Source: a virus
Length of the DNA: 24,736 bases
IMG/VR virus record: IMGVR_UViG_3300047462_000172
Direction: 5' to 3' (one strand)
How positions within the stretch are numbered: position 1 is the first letter of the stretch; each line of letters begins with the position of its first letter. The position numbers and the translations under genes were made by a program. Below the pieces are notes generated by a model. That model was not told the DNA's origin. It did no database searches and worked only from the letters and a program-made list of their open reading frames with translations. Below are positions 7,328-15,297 of the stretch, one piece after another.

Positions 7328-9219
7328 CAAACAGAAAATCTCCGAATAATAGAGTACGCAAAAAGAAACAATCAGACGCTTGGCATCTTGATCAGCTTGA
7401 TATTGTTCGTAATATGATTTGGGAAGTAACAAGATATAGGATCAAAAAAGAAACTACTGAAGTATTTAAAGACATCGCATTTATGTTCTCAAAAGTATAT
7501 GAATGTGATGGTGTATGGTTGCTTTACACTCCACTTGGAGATGGGACTGAAATTCTTCCTTTAATGAACTGGAGAGCACCTCGGGATAAATCTTTGGAAC
7601 ATTATGTTCCGCCTTTATCTCAAGAAGGATTTGCATTTTTAAACGGTGCTTTAAATAGTGATAACATTATTATTCGCGATAACCTTGAAAAGATTTTTCC
7701 TAACAGACAAATTTCTACTGCGATTGTAAGATCAATAAAACTTGCAACAGGTGAAAATTATCTACTTGGTATCCACTCTGCCGTTCCAAGAATGTGGAAT
7801 AAAACTGAAATTCGTTTGTTTGGTGATATCTGTGTATTGATTGAAAGTGTTCTTACCATATGGACACTATATCGTAAGATGGCTAAAATTGCCCACTATG
7901 ATAGCTTAACTGGATTACCAAACCGACTATTGTTTCAGGAGACATCAAAACAAGCAATCTCGCGTGCTCTAAATTCAAAAAAACCACTTTGTGTTTTTTT
8001 GATAGATTTGGATAACTTTAAACAAATTAACGACAGCTGTGGTCATCAAGTTGGTGATCATGTTCTTAAGGTGGTTTCTGCTCGATTGCAAAAAACTGTT
8101 GATGATATCAATCGTGGTGAATCTATTGCATCACGATTGGGTGGAGACGAATTTGTTGTTTTATTTGAAGAGACAACGCGCGAGGAAGCTAAAATTATTG
8201 CTGAAAAGCTAACTGAATACCTCAAAGAAGAAATTATTAACGATCAAGAAAAATTATACGTATCTACAAGTGTTGGTATTTCTGTTTATCCTGAAGATGG
8301 GATTACAATACCGCTTCTTCTAAAATCTGCTGACCTTGCTATGTACACAAGCAAAGATAAAGGCAAGGCACAATATTCCTTCCATGAAAAATGGATGAAT
8401 ACCAAAATGGAACGTAGAATTGAGGCAGAACTTGTTGTTCGTGATATTATCAACACGGGGTTGGTTAGTGTGTTTTTCCAACCAATTGTAGATGCTAAAA
8501 CCTCTCGTGTTATTGGTGCTGAAGCATTGCTTCGTGGAAAGAAACACCAACAACTATTTTTTGATCCTATGGAATTAATTTCTGCAGCTGAAGATACAAA
8601 ATTGATTATCCCTCTTGGTTCAATGATTCTTGAACAATCGTGTCTATTTGCGCATAAGTGTTTAGAAGAAAACCAAGAGATATTTGTATCTGTTAACGTA
8701 TCTACGTATCAACTTTCAAGTCCAACATTTGCAACATTGGTAGAGAGAGTTCTTCAACGAACAAACCTTTCTCCTCAATACCTTATCCTTGAAATTACTG
8801 AAACGATGTTAATGCAAAATTTTGAAGAGAGCTCAAAAACTCTCGATAAGCTTCGTAATATTGGTGTTCGTATTTCCATTGATGATTTTGGAAAGGGATA
8901 TTCTTCGTTTAGCTATTTGCAGAAACTTCCTATCGACAAAATTAAGATTGATATTTCATTTGTCCAATCAATAGGTGTTGACCAAAAATCAAACGAGATT
9001 GTTAAGGGTATTATCCTAATGACTGATGCATTGGGAATGCATACTTGCGCAGAAGGGGTAGAAACCCAACTACAATATGAAAAACTAACTGAATATGGGT
9101 GCGAACAAATTCAAGGGTACTATATGCATAAGGCTCTTCCAGAATCTGATTTTGTTGCATTGCTAAAAGAACATCCGTATACTAATACAGATGAAAACAC
9201 CCCTCCAAGTAATAGCTGA
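7324..9219 (+). CDS. GAF-GGDEF-EAL diguanylate cyclase/phosphodiesterase
   Basis: GAF-like PRMWNKTEIRLF; DSLTGLPNR, DLDNFKQIND, GHQVGD, RLGGDEF; EALLR, SVNVS, LEITE, DDFGKGYSS, KID, EGVET, QGY. Confidence 0.95.
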   Translation: MTNRKSPNNRVRKKKQSDAWHLDQLDIVRNMIWEVTRYRIKKETTEVFKDIAFMFSKVYECDGVWLLYTPLGDGTEILPLMNWRAPRDKSLEHYVPPLSQEGFAFLNGALNSDNIIIRDNLEKIFPNRQISTAIVRSIKLATGENYLLGIHSAVPRMWNKTEIRLFGDICVLIESVLTIWTLYRKMAKIAHYDSLTGLPNRLLFQETSKQAISRALNSKKPLCVFLIDLDNFKQINDSCGHQVGDHVLKVVSARLQKTVDDINRGESIASRLGGDEFVVLFEETTREEAKIIAEKLTEYLKEEIINDQEKLYVSTSVGISVYPEDGITIPLLLKSADLAMYTSKDKGKAQYSFHEKWMNTKMERRIEAELVVRDIINTGLVSVFFQPIVDAKTSRVIGAEALLRGKKHQQLFFDPMELISAAEDTKLIIPLGSMILEQSCLFAHKCLEENQEIFVSVNVSTYQLSSPTFATLVERVLQRTNLSPQYLILEITETMLMQNFEESSKTLDKLRNIGVRISIDDFGKGYSSFSYLQKLPIDKIKIDISFVQSIGVDQKSNEIVKGIILMTDALGMHTCAEGVETQLQYEKLTEYGCEQIQGYYMHKALPESDFVALLKEHPYTNTDENTPPSNS

Positions 9220-9925
9220 TTTTGGATGCCCTACAGATTCAGCCGTATTCGCAATAAAGCATTTGAGCGAACGAGACGATTTAACAATTGATGAATATAG
9301 GAAAGGTATTCAAGATATTGTTGGGTTAGATGAATTACCAGAAATAGAATCATATTACCATGCGTATCTTTTGTTCCGGTATATAGTTCAAGAAACAATC
9401 AAAGCGTACAACACAGGGATTATTCCTCTTATGGAACATGTCTATATTGTTGCACAACATAAGGCTGTGAACTATATTCAAGAGAATCCTTGGGCTCAAA
9501 TGGTCTTTGAGATACAACACGGATTGTTTAAGCCTGAAGAAGAGATTGATGGTGTTAAATTTATCGCAACTCAACAAGGCGATAAGAAACAAATTACTGA
9601 ACGATTGTTTAAGGAAATGAAAGCAGCTAATAAATCTCGTCAAGAGATTATTAATGCATTTGTTGAACAAACAGGAATGTCTAAAGCAGGAGCTACTACA
9701 TACTTTCATTCACTTAAGAAGGAACTTGGTTTTAAGGAAACACCTTCTGATACTAAACAAGCAAAACCACAAAGTAAGCAAGAACTTGCTGATCAATTGT
9801 ATCAAGAAGCTGAAGACAAAAGTAAGCCTGCCCTAATTGCCCTGTTTACAGAAAAATTACAAACGTCTAAATTGGGTGCACAAACTTATTATTATTCGTG
9901 TAAGAAGAAATTCGATGGAAAATAA
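9191..9925 (+). CDS. Phage protein with two tandem C-terminal helical HTH-like repeats
   Basis: KKQITERLF...SRQEIINAFVEQTGMSKAGATTYF and SKQELADQLY...SKPALIALFTEKLQTSKLGAQTYY. Confidence 0.8.
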   Translation: MKTPLQVIADFGCPTDSAVFAIKHLSERDDLTIDEYRKGIQDIVGLDELPEIESYYHAYLLFRYIVQETIKAYNTGIIPLMEHVYIVAQHKAVNYIQENPWAQMVFEIQHGLFKPEEEIDGVKFIATQQGDKKQITERLFKEMKAANKSRQEIINAFVEQTGMSKAGATTYFHSLKKELGFKETPSDTKQAKPQSKQELADQLYQEAEDKSKPALIALFTEKLQTSKLGAQTYYYSCKKKFDGK

Positions 9926-9927
9926 CC

Positions 9928-9956
9928 TTGACTAAAGGTCAACATTAACATACAAT
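9928..9956 (+). promoter_or_regulatory. sigma70-like promoter
   Basis: TTGACT (9928-9933) N17 TACAAT (9951-9956). Confidence 0.8.
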
Positions 9957-9959
9957 ATT

Positions 9960-10199
9960 GTGATGAAAAAGAATAACATCGATCGAGATCCCGTATTCCA
10001 AGCAAACCTGAAAGTAGCAGCCAAGTTAGATAAGCTAATGGTAGCTGGTTATGTTGGAAAATCTATTGCTGTAATTGCATATCTTGGAGTGCAAGAATTC
10101 TTTACAGACTTCGAATCGGCTGCAAAATTTGCATACGAAAAATTTCCAGATCATCGTTTTGTTATACACCAACTTAACAGAACACCAATATTCATCTAA
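9960..10199 (+). CDS. Hypothetical protein (possibly leaderless mRNA)
   Basis: 79 aa ORF; GTG 9960 / ATG 9963 lies at the expected +1 of the promoter. Confidence 0.65.
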   Translation: MMKKNNIDRDPVFQANLKVAAKLDKLMVAGYVGKSIAVIAYLGVQEFFTDFESAAKFAYEKFPDHRFVIHQLNRTPIFI

Positions 10200-10210
10200 T
10201 GGAGTAGCCA

Positions 10211-10519
10211 ATGGCGAAGACTGACGATCCAGTGTACGATCTACAAACAAAAGTTCAGAAATTGAACGAAGACGTGCAAGTACTTACCACACGATGTAAG
10301 AATGTACAAGACGACTTTATGAGCTTTGCTCAAGCAGTAAATGATTTTCTACGAATAACGTATCCAACGAATCGTGAGATCCAATTTGGTGTTGTTGATT
10401 GGAATCTTCAAAGAGAAAATCGCCAACGTGAAGAATGGCAACGTCAGCGAGCTATTGCACAGTTGGTAGGTCAAGGCTATACAATTACGCCACCTACAGA
10501 AAGTACAGGTCCAAAATGA
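10211..10519 (+). CDS. Hypothetical coiled-coil protein
   Basis: 102 aa, GGAG SD, heptad-like N-terminus. Confidence 0.7.
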   Translation: MAKTDDPVYDLQTKVQKLNEDVQVLTTRCKNVQDDFMSFAQAVNDFLRITYPTNREIQFGVVDWNLQRENRQREEWQRQRAIAQLVGQGYTITPPTESTGPK

Positions 10520-10866
10520 AACAAGAAGTATTTTGTACACTTCAGATAGAAGGTATCCATCGTTGGGCAAATTGCCCATTTCAAGAGGTAGATTATCTTC
10601 GTGATCCTCATCGCCACGTATTTTGGATTAAGGCGTTCAAGGAAGTTAATCACGACGATCGTGATGTTGAATTTATTATGTTGAAGCATGAAATGGAACA
10701 ATACCTTTGGGATCTATTCTATAGCAGTACGCTTAAGTTGCATGACTTTGGGGGTTATTCGTGTGAATGGATTGCCGCAAATTTAATTGAAAGGTTCGAT
10801 CTATTGCGTTGTGAAGTTTCAGAAGATAATGAAAACGGAGCAATTGTATATGCTGAATCGAAATAA
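10516..10866 (+). CDS. QueD-like T-fold protein, DpdL-like (candidate 7-carboxy-7-deazaguanine decarboxylase)
   Basis: ATG 10516 in ATGA overlap; EGIHRW, LRDPHRHVF (LxxxHRHxF rather than QueD CxxxHGH), DRDVEFI, SCEWIA, VSEDNENGA. Confidence 0.75.
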   Translation: MKQEVFCTLQIEGIHRWANCPFQEVDYLRDPHRHVFWIKAFKEVNHDDRDVEFIMLKHEMEQYLWDLFYSSTLKLHDFGGYSCEWIAANLIERFDLLRCEVSEDNENGAIVYAESK

Positions 10867-11686
10867 AAACCCACAGTTTTGTATTATCACTCCTACAGCA
10901 TATTTGGAAGAGTATGCTTCACAATCACAGATGCATTTAGTGTTAGCACACTTGGTTGATACGGATGACAAGTATGCTGACTTCTATGCTAATCGTTCTG
11001 AATACAAGATTATGGATAATGGTGCATTTGAACTTGGAGAGTCATATTCACCAAGTGAACTGATTCGTCTTGGACAGAAGTGCAAGGCAAATGCGATTGT
11101 TCTTCCAGACTATCCATTTCAAGCAGGAGAGAAGACCGTCAATGCAGCAGAGAAGTTGATACCAGAAGTTAAGGCTGCTGGTTTTGACACGATGTTTGTA
11201 CCACAATCTAGGACTGGAGATTGGGGCGATTGGATGGATGTGTATAGTTGGGCATCCTATAGCAGCGATATTGATATTATTGGTATGAGTATTCTTGGAT
11301 TACCAAATGCTCTACCTGATATTGAAAAGTCGTATGCTCGTGTTGTTGGTACAGCAATGCTTAGGCAAAACAACATCTTCAACACGAACAAATATCACCA
11401 CTACTTGGGACTAAATGCAGGTCCTGCACTTGAAATACCTTCATTAATTCGACTAAATGCATTGGATAGTTGTGATAGTTCAGGTCCAGTATGGGCAGGT
11501 ATTTGTGGACAGATGTATACAAAGTCAGCCGATAGTTATCAACTAACTCGTAAGATTTCAAAGCATGTTGATTTTGGTATTGCACGAACAAAAGATTCGT
11601 ATGTACATGCTGCGATTCAAAACAACATTAATTTAACTTTGGAACTATTTCCAAAAATAACAAGAATGCAAGATATGCCACCATAA
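10850..11686 (+). CDS. TGT-fold guanine transglycosylase-like protein (DpdA-like, divergent)
   Basis: ATG 10850 after GGAG; MDNGAFE (cf. DSGGF), VLPD, VPQ, HHYLG, DSCDSS in TGT order; adjacent to the QueD-like gene. Confidence 0.75.
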   Translation: MLNRNKNPQFCIITPTAYLEEYASQSQMHLVLAHLVDTDDKYADFYANRSEYKIMDNGAFELGESYSPSELIRLGQKCKANAIVLPDYPFQAGEKTVNAAEKLIPEVKAAGFDTMFVPQSRTGDWGDWMDVYSWASYSSDIDIIGMSILGLPNALPDIEKSYARVVGTAMLRQNNIFNTNKYHHYLGLNAGPALEIPSLIRLNALDSCDSSGPVWAGICGQMYTKSADSYQLTRKISKHVDFGIARTKDSYVHAAIQNNINLTLELFPKITRMQDMPP

Positions 11687-11694
11687 GGACAACA

Positions 11695-12213
11695 ATGTTT
11701 ATCAATCCAAAAACAGCAATAACAAACGGATGGATTCAAGGAATCAAAAACGAAGCACTTCAAGTGCAACCAAACGCAATCGACTTTACACTCGATCAAG
11801 TTTTCAGCATTAATCTCTTAAATGCATTTATTATCAGCGAAGCTGGAAAACAAATGCGAGGTGGTGGAAAGGTCCTTCCAATAGAACAACGCGATGGAAC
11901 TGGTGAGTTTTGGAATTTAGAAGGTGCATCGTACGATTGTCTATCTGATATGTACGTAGAAATACCAGAAGGTGTAGCAGCAATTCTTGTTCCTCGTTCA
12001 ACCTTTACTCGTAATGGTTTGTTTATTGCTTCAGGATTATACGATTCAGGATTCAAAGGGCATATTGGATTTGTTCTTCACAATCCAGCACGAACGAAGA
12101 TTGGAGTTGGTACTCGTATTGGACAAATTATTTTTGTTAGCAGCGAGAATGCAAAATTATATGCTGGCGGATATAATCATGAAGCAGGAACAGTAGCGCC
12201 ACATCAGGAATAA
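11695..12213 (+). CDS. Trimeric dUTPase/dCTP-deaminase family protein, probably dUTPase-like
   Basis: QPNAIDFTL, PRSTFTRNG, YDSGFKG, RIGQIIF; the deaminase catalytic Glu after DxG(F/W)xG appears absent (GHIGFVLHN). Confidence 0.85.
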   Translation: MFINPKTAITNGWIQGIKNEALQVQPNAIDFTLDQVFSINLLNAFIISEAGKQMRGGGKVLPIEQRDGTGEFWNLEGASYDCLSDMYVEIPEGVAAILVPRSTFTRNGLFIASGLYDSGFKGHIGFVLHNPARTKIGVGTRIGQIIFVSSENAKLYAGGYNHEAGTVAPHQE

Positions 12214-12215
12214 TA

Positions 12216-12860
12216 ATGACAACAGCTAAAGATAGACCACGAGGATCGTTTGATTACATGCTCGCAATAGATTGTGAGACCACTGGTCTTTGTATGAACC
12301 AGGATGATCCATCTGTTAACCCACATACCAATGAACGTCATCAGACTGTCTCATGGGGAATTATTGTAGCTGATGCTCACACGTTGAAGCCAATTGAGAA
12401 ACTCTACGTTGAAATTAAGTGGAATGAAGCAAGTAATAAACAACGAAAAGGAAATGCAAAGTTTGGGGCTCATGCTGAAACTATTCATGGATTGACTCGT
12501 GAGTATCTCGAAGAAAACGGAATTACAGAAGAAGAAGCAGTTGAAAAAATTGGTTCATTACTTCTAAAGTATTGGGGACCAAATGTTGGTATTCGTACTC
12601 TTGGTCATAATGTTCACACATTTGATATGCCATTTCTTCGAGACCTATTTCGTCGTCATGGAATTGAGTTGCAATTTGGTTCCAGGCACTATGATACTAA
12701 TAGCATTGGTTTTGCAACGTTTGGAACTTTCAATAGCGATGATTTGTTTGAGGCTGTTGGATTTGAGAAGCGCGGTGAACACAATGCACTAACAGATGCT
12801 GAACAAGCGCTGGAAGCTACACGTATTATTCGTAAAGTATTTCAGAAGGCGATTGAGTAA
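12216..12860 (+). CDS. DEDDh 3'-5' exonuclease (DnaQ/RNase T-like)
   Basis: ExoI DCETTG, ExoII GHNVHTFD, ExoIII HNALTDA. Confidence 0.9.
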   Translation: MTTAKDRPRGSFDYMLAIDCETTGLCMNQDDPSVNPHTNERHQTVSWGIIVADAHTLKPIEKLYVEIKWNEASNKQRKGNAKFGAHAETIHGLTREYLEENGITEEEAVEKIGSLLLKYWGPNVGIRTLGHNVHTFDMPFLRDLFRRHGIELQFGSRHYDTNSIGFATFGTFNSDDLFEAVGFEKRGEHNALTDAEQALEATRIIRKVFQKAIE

Positions 12861-13034
12861 ATGACTTTCATATTGACTATAGTAGGTAATTGTTCAATGT
12901 GTTCTGCAACAATTCGAACGAATGCATATTATTGGTTGCTTGAAAATCCTAACAGAATTGCATGCTCTAAATGCGCTGATAAACTTAGCGTGTACACTAA
13001 TTACGAACGAGCAATGGGAGTAATAAAGAAATGA
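12861..13034 (+). CDS. Small zinc-finger protein with NYERAMGVIKK C-terminus (not in ORF track)
   Basis: 57 aa MTFILTIVGNCSMCSATIRTNAYYWLLENPNRIACSKCADKLSVYTNYERAMGVIKK; CxxC...CxxC; starts right after the upstream stop. Confidence 0.7.
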   Translation: MTFILTIVGNCSMCSATIRTNAYYWLLENPNRIACSKCADKLSVYTNYERAMGVIKK

Positions 13035-13261
13035 ATAACTATAAGGTACAGAAAATTAACGTTCAGCATGATACTGAGTCTCAGGACTACAAAGACATAA
13101 AGGCTACTATTCGTATCTTAAAAATGTTGTTCGATTACGACAGAAGCATGACAGTAGAACAAGCATTAACACACAACGAAAGCTATGTTCGTTATTGTGA
13201 TGCAAAAAACAAACCAAATCCAATGGCTGATTATGAACGTGCAATGGGAGTTATTAAATGA
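13031..13261 (+). CDS. Small hypothetical protein ending DYERAMGVIK
   Basis: 76 aa; ATGA-coupled, GGGAG SD inside the upstream repeat. Confidence 0.75.
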   Translation: MNNYKVQKINVQHDTESQDYKDIKATIRILKMLFDYDRSMTVEQALTHNESYVRYCDAKNKPNPMADYERAMGVIK

Positions 13262-13452
13262 TCACAAATCAAGAAGCACAAACAACTATTGATACGCTTG
13301 ATAAAGTGATTAAGCAATTGTCGCTTACTTCAGGGTCAACATATTTTGGTTTAATTGTTGATATTCAACAATTTTTACGATCAAACAGCGAAGCTAATGA
13401 TCGTCGTGTCAGTTCTAATTACGATCGTGCAATGGGAGTAATAAAGAAGTGA
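13258..13452 (+). CDS. Small hypothetical protein ending NYDRAMGVIKK
   Basis: 64 aa; ATGA-coupled, GGGAG SD inside the upstream repeat. Confidence 0.75.
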   Translation: MITNQEAQTTIDTLDKVIKQLSLTSGSTYFGLIVDIQQFLRSNSEANDRRVSSNYDRAMGVIKK

Positions 13453-13619
13453 ATGGAAAGCAACTTGAATTAATTCAACACGTAATTGATAGTTTGAAAG
13501 ATCCAAAATTATCCCCATATTATGGTATGAATTTTAGAGAAGCAGCATTTATATTAGCCAAGATACTTGAGGAAGTAAGAGATTATGAAACCAACACTAA
13601 CACACCCATCGTACCATGA
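13449..13619 (+). CDS. Small hypothetical protein (not in ORF track)
   Basis: GTG in GTGA overlap with GGGAG SD; 56 aa MNGKQLELIQHVIDSLKDPKLSPYYGMNFREAAFILAKILEEVRDYETNTNTPIVP. Confidence 0.55.
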   Translation: MNGKQLELIQHVIDSLKDPKLSPYYGMNFREAAFILAKILEEVRDYETNTNTPIVP

Positions 13620-14025
13620 TATTGAGAAGGGCTGTGCACTTCTCGCCACTCAAATTATTCGTGAACAGGAACCAGACATTATTGTTGGGCTTGCACGTGG
13701 TGGATTGATTCCTGCTGTCATTCTAAGCCACATCCTTGGTGTTAAGATGATTCCTGTCTCATATTCTTCAAAGAAGGGAGAAGGTGAGTATAAACAGTAT
13801 GAAAATACCCTTCCGTTGATTCCTGAAAAGAAAATCCTTATAATGGACGATATTGTTGATTCCGGGCATACGATGAAGGAAGTGTACGAACACTACTTTG
13901 CGCAAGCCCACAATGTAGATATGGCAACGTTATATTGGAAGGAAGGGAGTGCGATAGCACCAAACTATTATTGGCAATCTCTTAAACATGATGACCCTTG
14001 GATTGTGTTCAGTTGGGAATGTTAA
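13585..14025 (+). CDS. Type I purine phosphoribosyltransferase (Gpt/Hpt-like)
   Basis: IVGLARGGLIPAVILSH and PRPP-binding ILIMDDIVDSGHT; C-terminal WIVFSWE. Confidence 0.88.
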   Translation: MKPTLTHPSYHDIEKGCALLATQIIREQEPDIIVGLARGGLIPAVILSHILGVKMIPVSYSSKKGEGEYKQYENTLPLIPEKKILIMDDIVDSGHTMKEVYEHYFAQAHNVDMATLYWKEGSAIAPNYYWQSLKHDDPWIVFSWEC

Positions 14026-14071
14026 GCATATTTCCAAATAAAACCAACAGTTCTTCCCATGGGAGATTTAA

Positions 14072-14314
14072 ATGATTCGAAAGGATTACCACGGATTTAA
14101 ACTTGCAGACGCTCTTCAAGACGTACATGAAACTATAAGCTATGTTCGCGGTGGGGGTGGTTGGACTCATCGTCGTACTTTAAGCACAGATGCTGAGTTC
14201 ATTGTGGGTCATGGTATCATTCGAACGGAGATTGTCGATCTCCTCAAATCATACGGTCTTAACCCAACAATCCAACTCGGCAATGCTGGTGTTATCCTCT
14301 GCACGATAGAATGA
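14072..14314 (+). CDS. Stand-alone Smr (small MutS-related) domain protein
   Basis: DYHGFKLADA (cf. DLHG), FIVGHG (cf. IxGKG) and GNAG; 80 aa; GGGAG SD. Confidence 0.65.
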   Translation: MIRKDYHGFKLADALQDVHETISYVRGGGGWTHRRTLSTDAEFIVGHGIIRTEIVDLLKSYGLNPTIQLGNAGVILCTIE

Positions 14315-14373
14315 ACGAAGATGTCCTCAAATTATTCGTTCGACTCATTAACATATCTCCTCGGAGTACGTTT

Positions 14374-14685
14374 ATGAACATTACGTTCGACGAATTGAAG
14401 ACGCTCTTCGAAACAGATCCAGCATCTGCTGAAGTCAAGGTCCAAGAGATAATGGACGATTACATTGGTTCGCTTCCTACCGATCGCCAACAGAGAGCAC
14501 AAGCATTTAATTGGCGCATCCAACAAGAACTTCGACACTTCAAAGATCCAATCGCTCGAATGAATAGAATGGTTGAGATGTTTTGGATTGGTGTCAAGGA
14601 ATTTCAAACAACACTTAAAAACCCCGAGCAAGTGCTTGATCAGAAGGGAGAACCTTCGGTCGTTAAGTTCCCAAAAAAGTCCTGA
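14374..14685 (+). CDS. DUF3135-like protein
   Basis: TFDELKTLFETDP...QQRAQAFNWRIQQE...KDPIARM and a VVKFP tail match the family as recalled; ATG 14374 has GGAG SD (frame open from 14311). Confidence 0.65.
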   Translation: MNITFDELKTLFETDPASAEVKVQEIMDDYIGSLPTDRQQRAQAFNWRIQQELRHFKDPIARMNRMVEMFWIGVKEFQTTLKNPEQVLDQKGEPSVVKFPKKS

Positions 14686-14700
14686 CCTATTGGTCGGGTT
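14681..14700 (+). terminator. Possible terminator hairpin
   Basis: CCTGACC-TATT-GGTCGGG over the stop codon, with only a short T tail. Confidence 0.35.
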
Positions 14701-14727
14701 GACAAAAATTTAGGGTTTAGGTATACT
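14699..14727 (+). promoter_or_regulatory. Strong sigma70-like promoter
   Basis: TTGACA (14699-14704) N17 TATACT (14722-14727). Confidence 0.85.
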
Positions 14728-14772
14728 TCTTAACATGGGCAGGGATCCCACAACATTTATAATGAGGTTAAT

Positions 14773-15297
14773 ATGAAAGGTAAGGCATTCACTTGGAACG
14801 ATCGATTGACGCTAATTAATCACTACCAGCCAACAGACGAACAAGCCTGTGATGCGTTTGGTATTCAGCAAGCAGAACTAGAGGTTGCACGCAACCAATT
14901 GAAGGCTGGTGTATTCAGTCTTTCAACATCATTGGATGTTGAATCGTATGGTTCGTTGTTCGCTTCGGTTGCTGAAGACGATGCAACTACAACAAGTACA
15001 AAGGCTCCTGCTCGTACGAAGCCAACTGCTACTTCTATCAAGGCTGCTCCTGAAAGTGCAACTGCGAAGGTTCGTGAGAAGGCAAAGCGTGGTCGTAAGG
15101 GTGAGAAGATTCGTGAAGCGTTTGTTGCAATTCCTGCAACACCAACTGCTGCAGATGACTTTGCTAAGACACATGGTGTTTCAATTGCTGTTCTTCGTCA
15201 GAGCAAGAGATTCGATAAGACTCAACTTCCTGGTTCTGTAAAGGTCAAGAAGGATAAGGCTTCGAAGACTTTGATGATTTGGCGTGAGACTGCCTAA
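14773..15297 (+). CDS. Putative DNA-binding protein (two HTH-like regions joined by a T/A/K linker, KRGRK motif)
   Basis: DEQACDAFGIQQAEL and ADDFAKTHGVSIAVLRQ helices; AT-hook-like KRGRK; GAGG SD. Confidence 0.7.
   Translation: MKGKAFTWNDRLTLINHYQPTDEQACDAFGIQQAELEVARNQLKAGVFSLSTSLDVESYGSLFASVAEDDATTTSTKAPARTKPTATSIKAAPESATAKVREKAKRGRKGEKIREAFVAIPATPTAADDFAKTHGVSIAVLRQSKRFDKTQLPGSVKVKKDKASKTLMIWRETA

Larger units (their letters stand above)
12997..13452 (+). repeat. Three direct repeats of about 35-38 nt at gene 3' ends
   Basis: Copies at 12997-13034, 13227-13261 and 13415-13452; core GCAATGGGAGT; copies 1 and 3 match at 35/38 nt. Confidence 0.9.

Noticed and set aside
10516-10866. Calling this canonical QueD
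   Set aside because: It lacks CxxxHGH and has LxxxHRHxF, so it is called QueD-like/DpdL-like only.
11695-12213. dCTP deaminase implying uracil- or modified-pyrimidine DNA
   Set aside because: The catalytic Glu position appears substituted; a dUTPase-like role fits better.
12997-13452. The three direct repeats as a CRISPR array or integron attC sites
   Set aside because: Spacing is about 190-230 nt and filled by ORFs, the repeats are not palindromic and vary at synonymous sites, and no cas or integrase gene is present.
14055-14064. Palindrome TCCCATGGGA over an SD as a regulatory hairpin
   Set aside because: No room for a loop; with a loop the stem is too short to support a claim.
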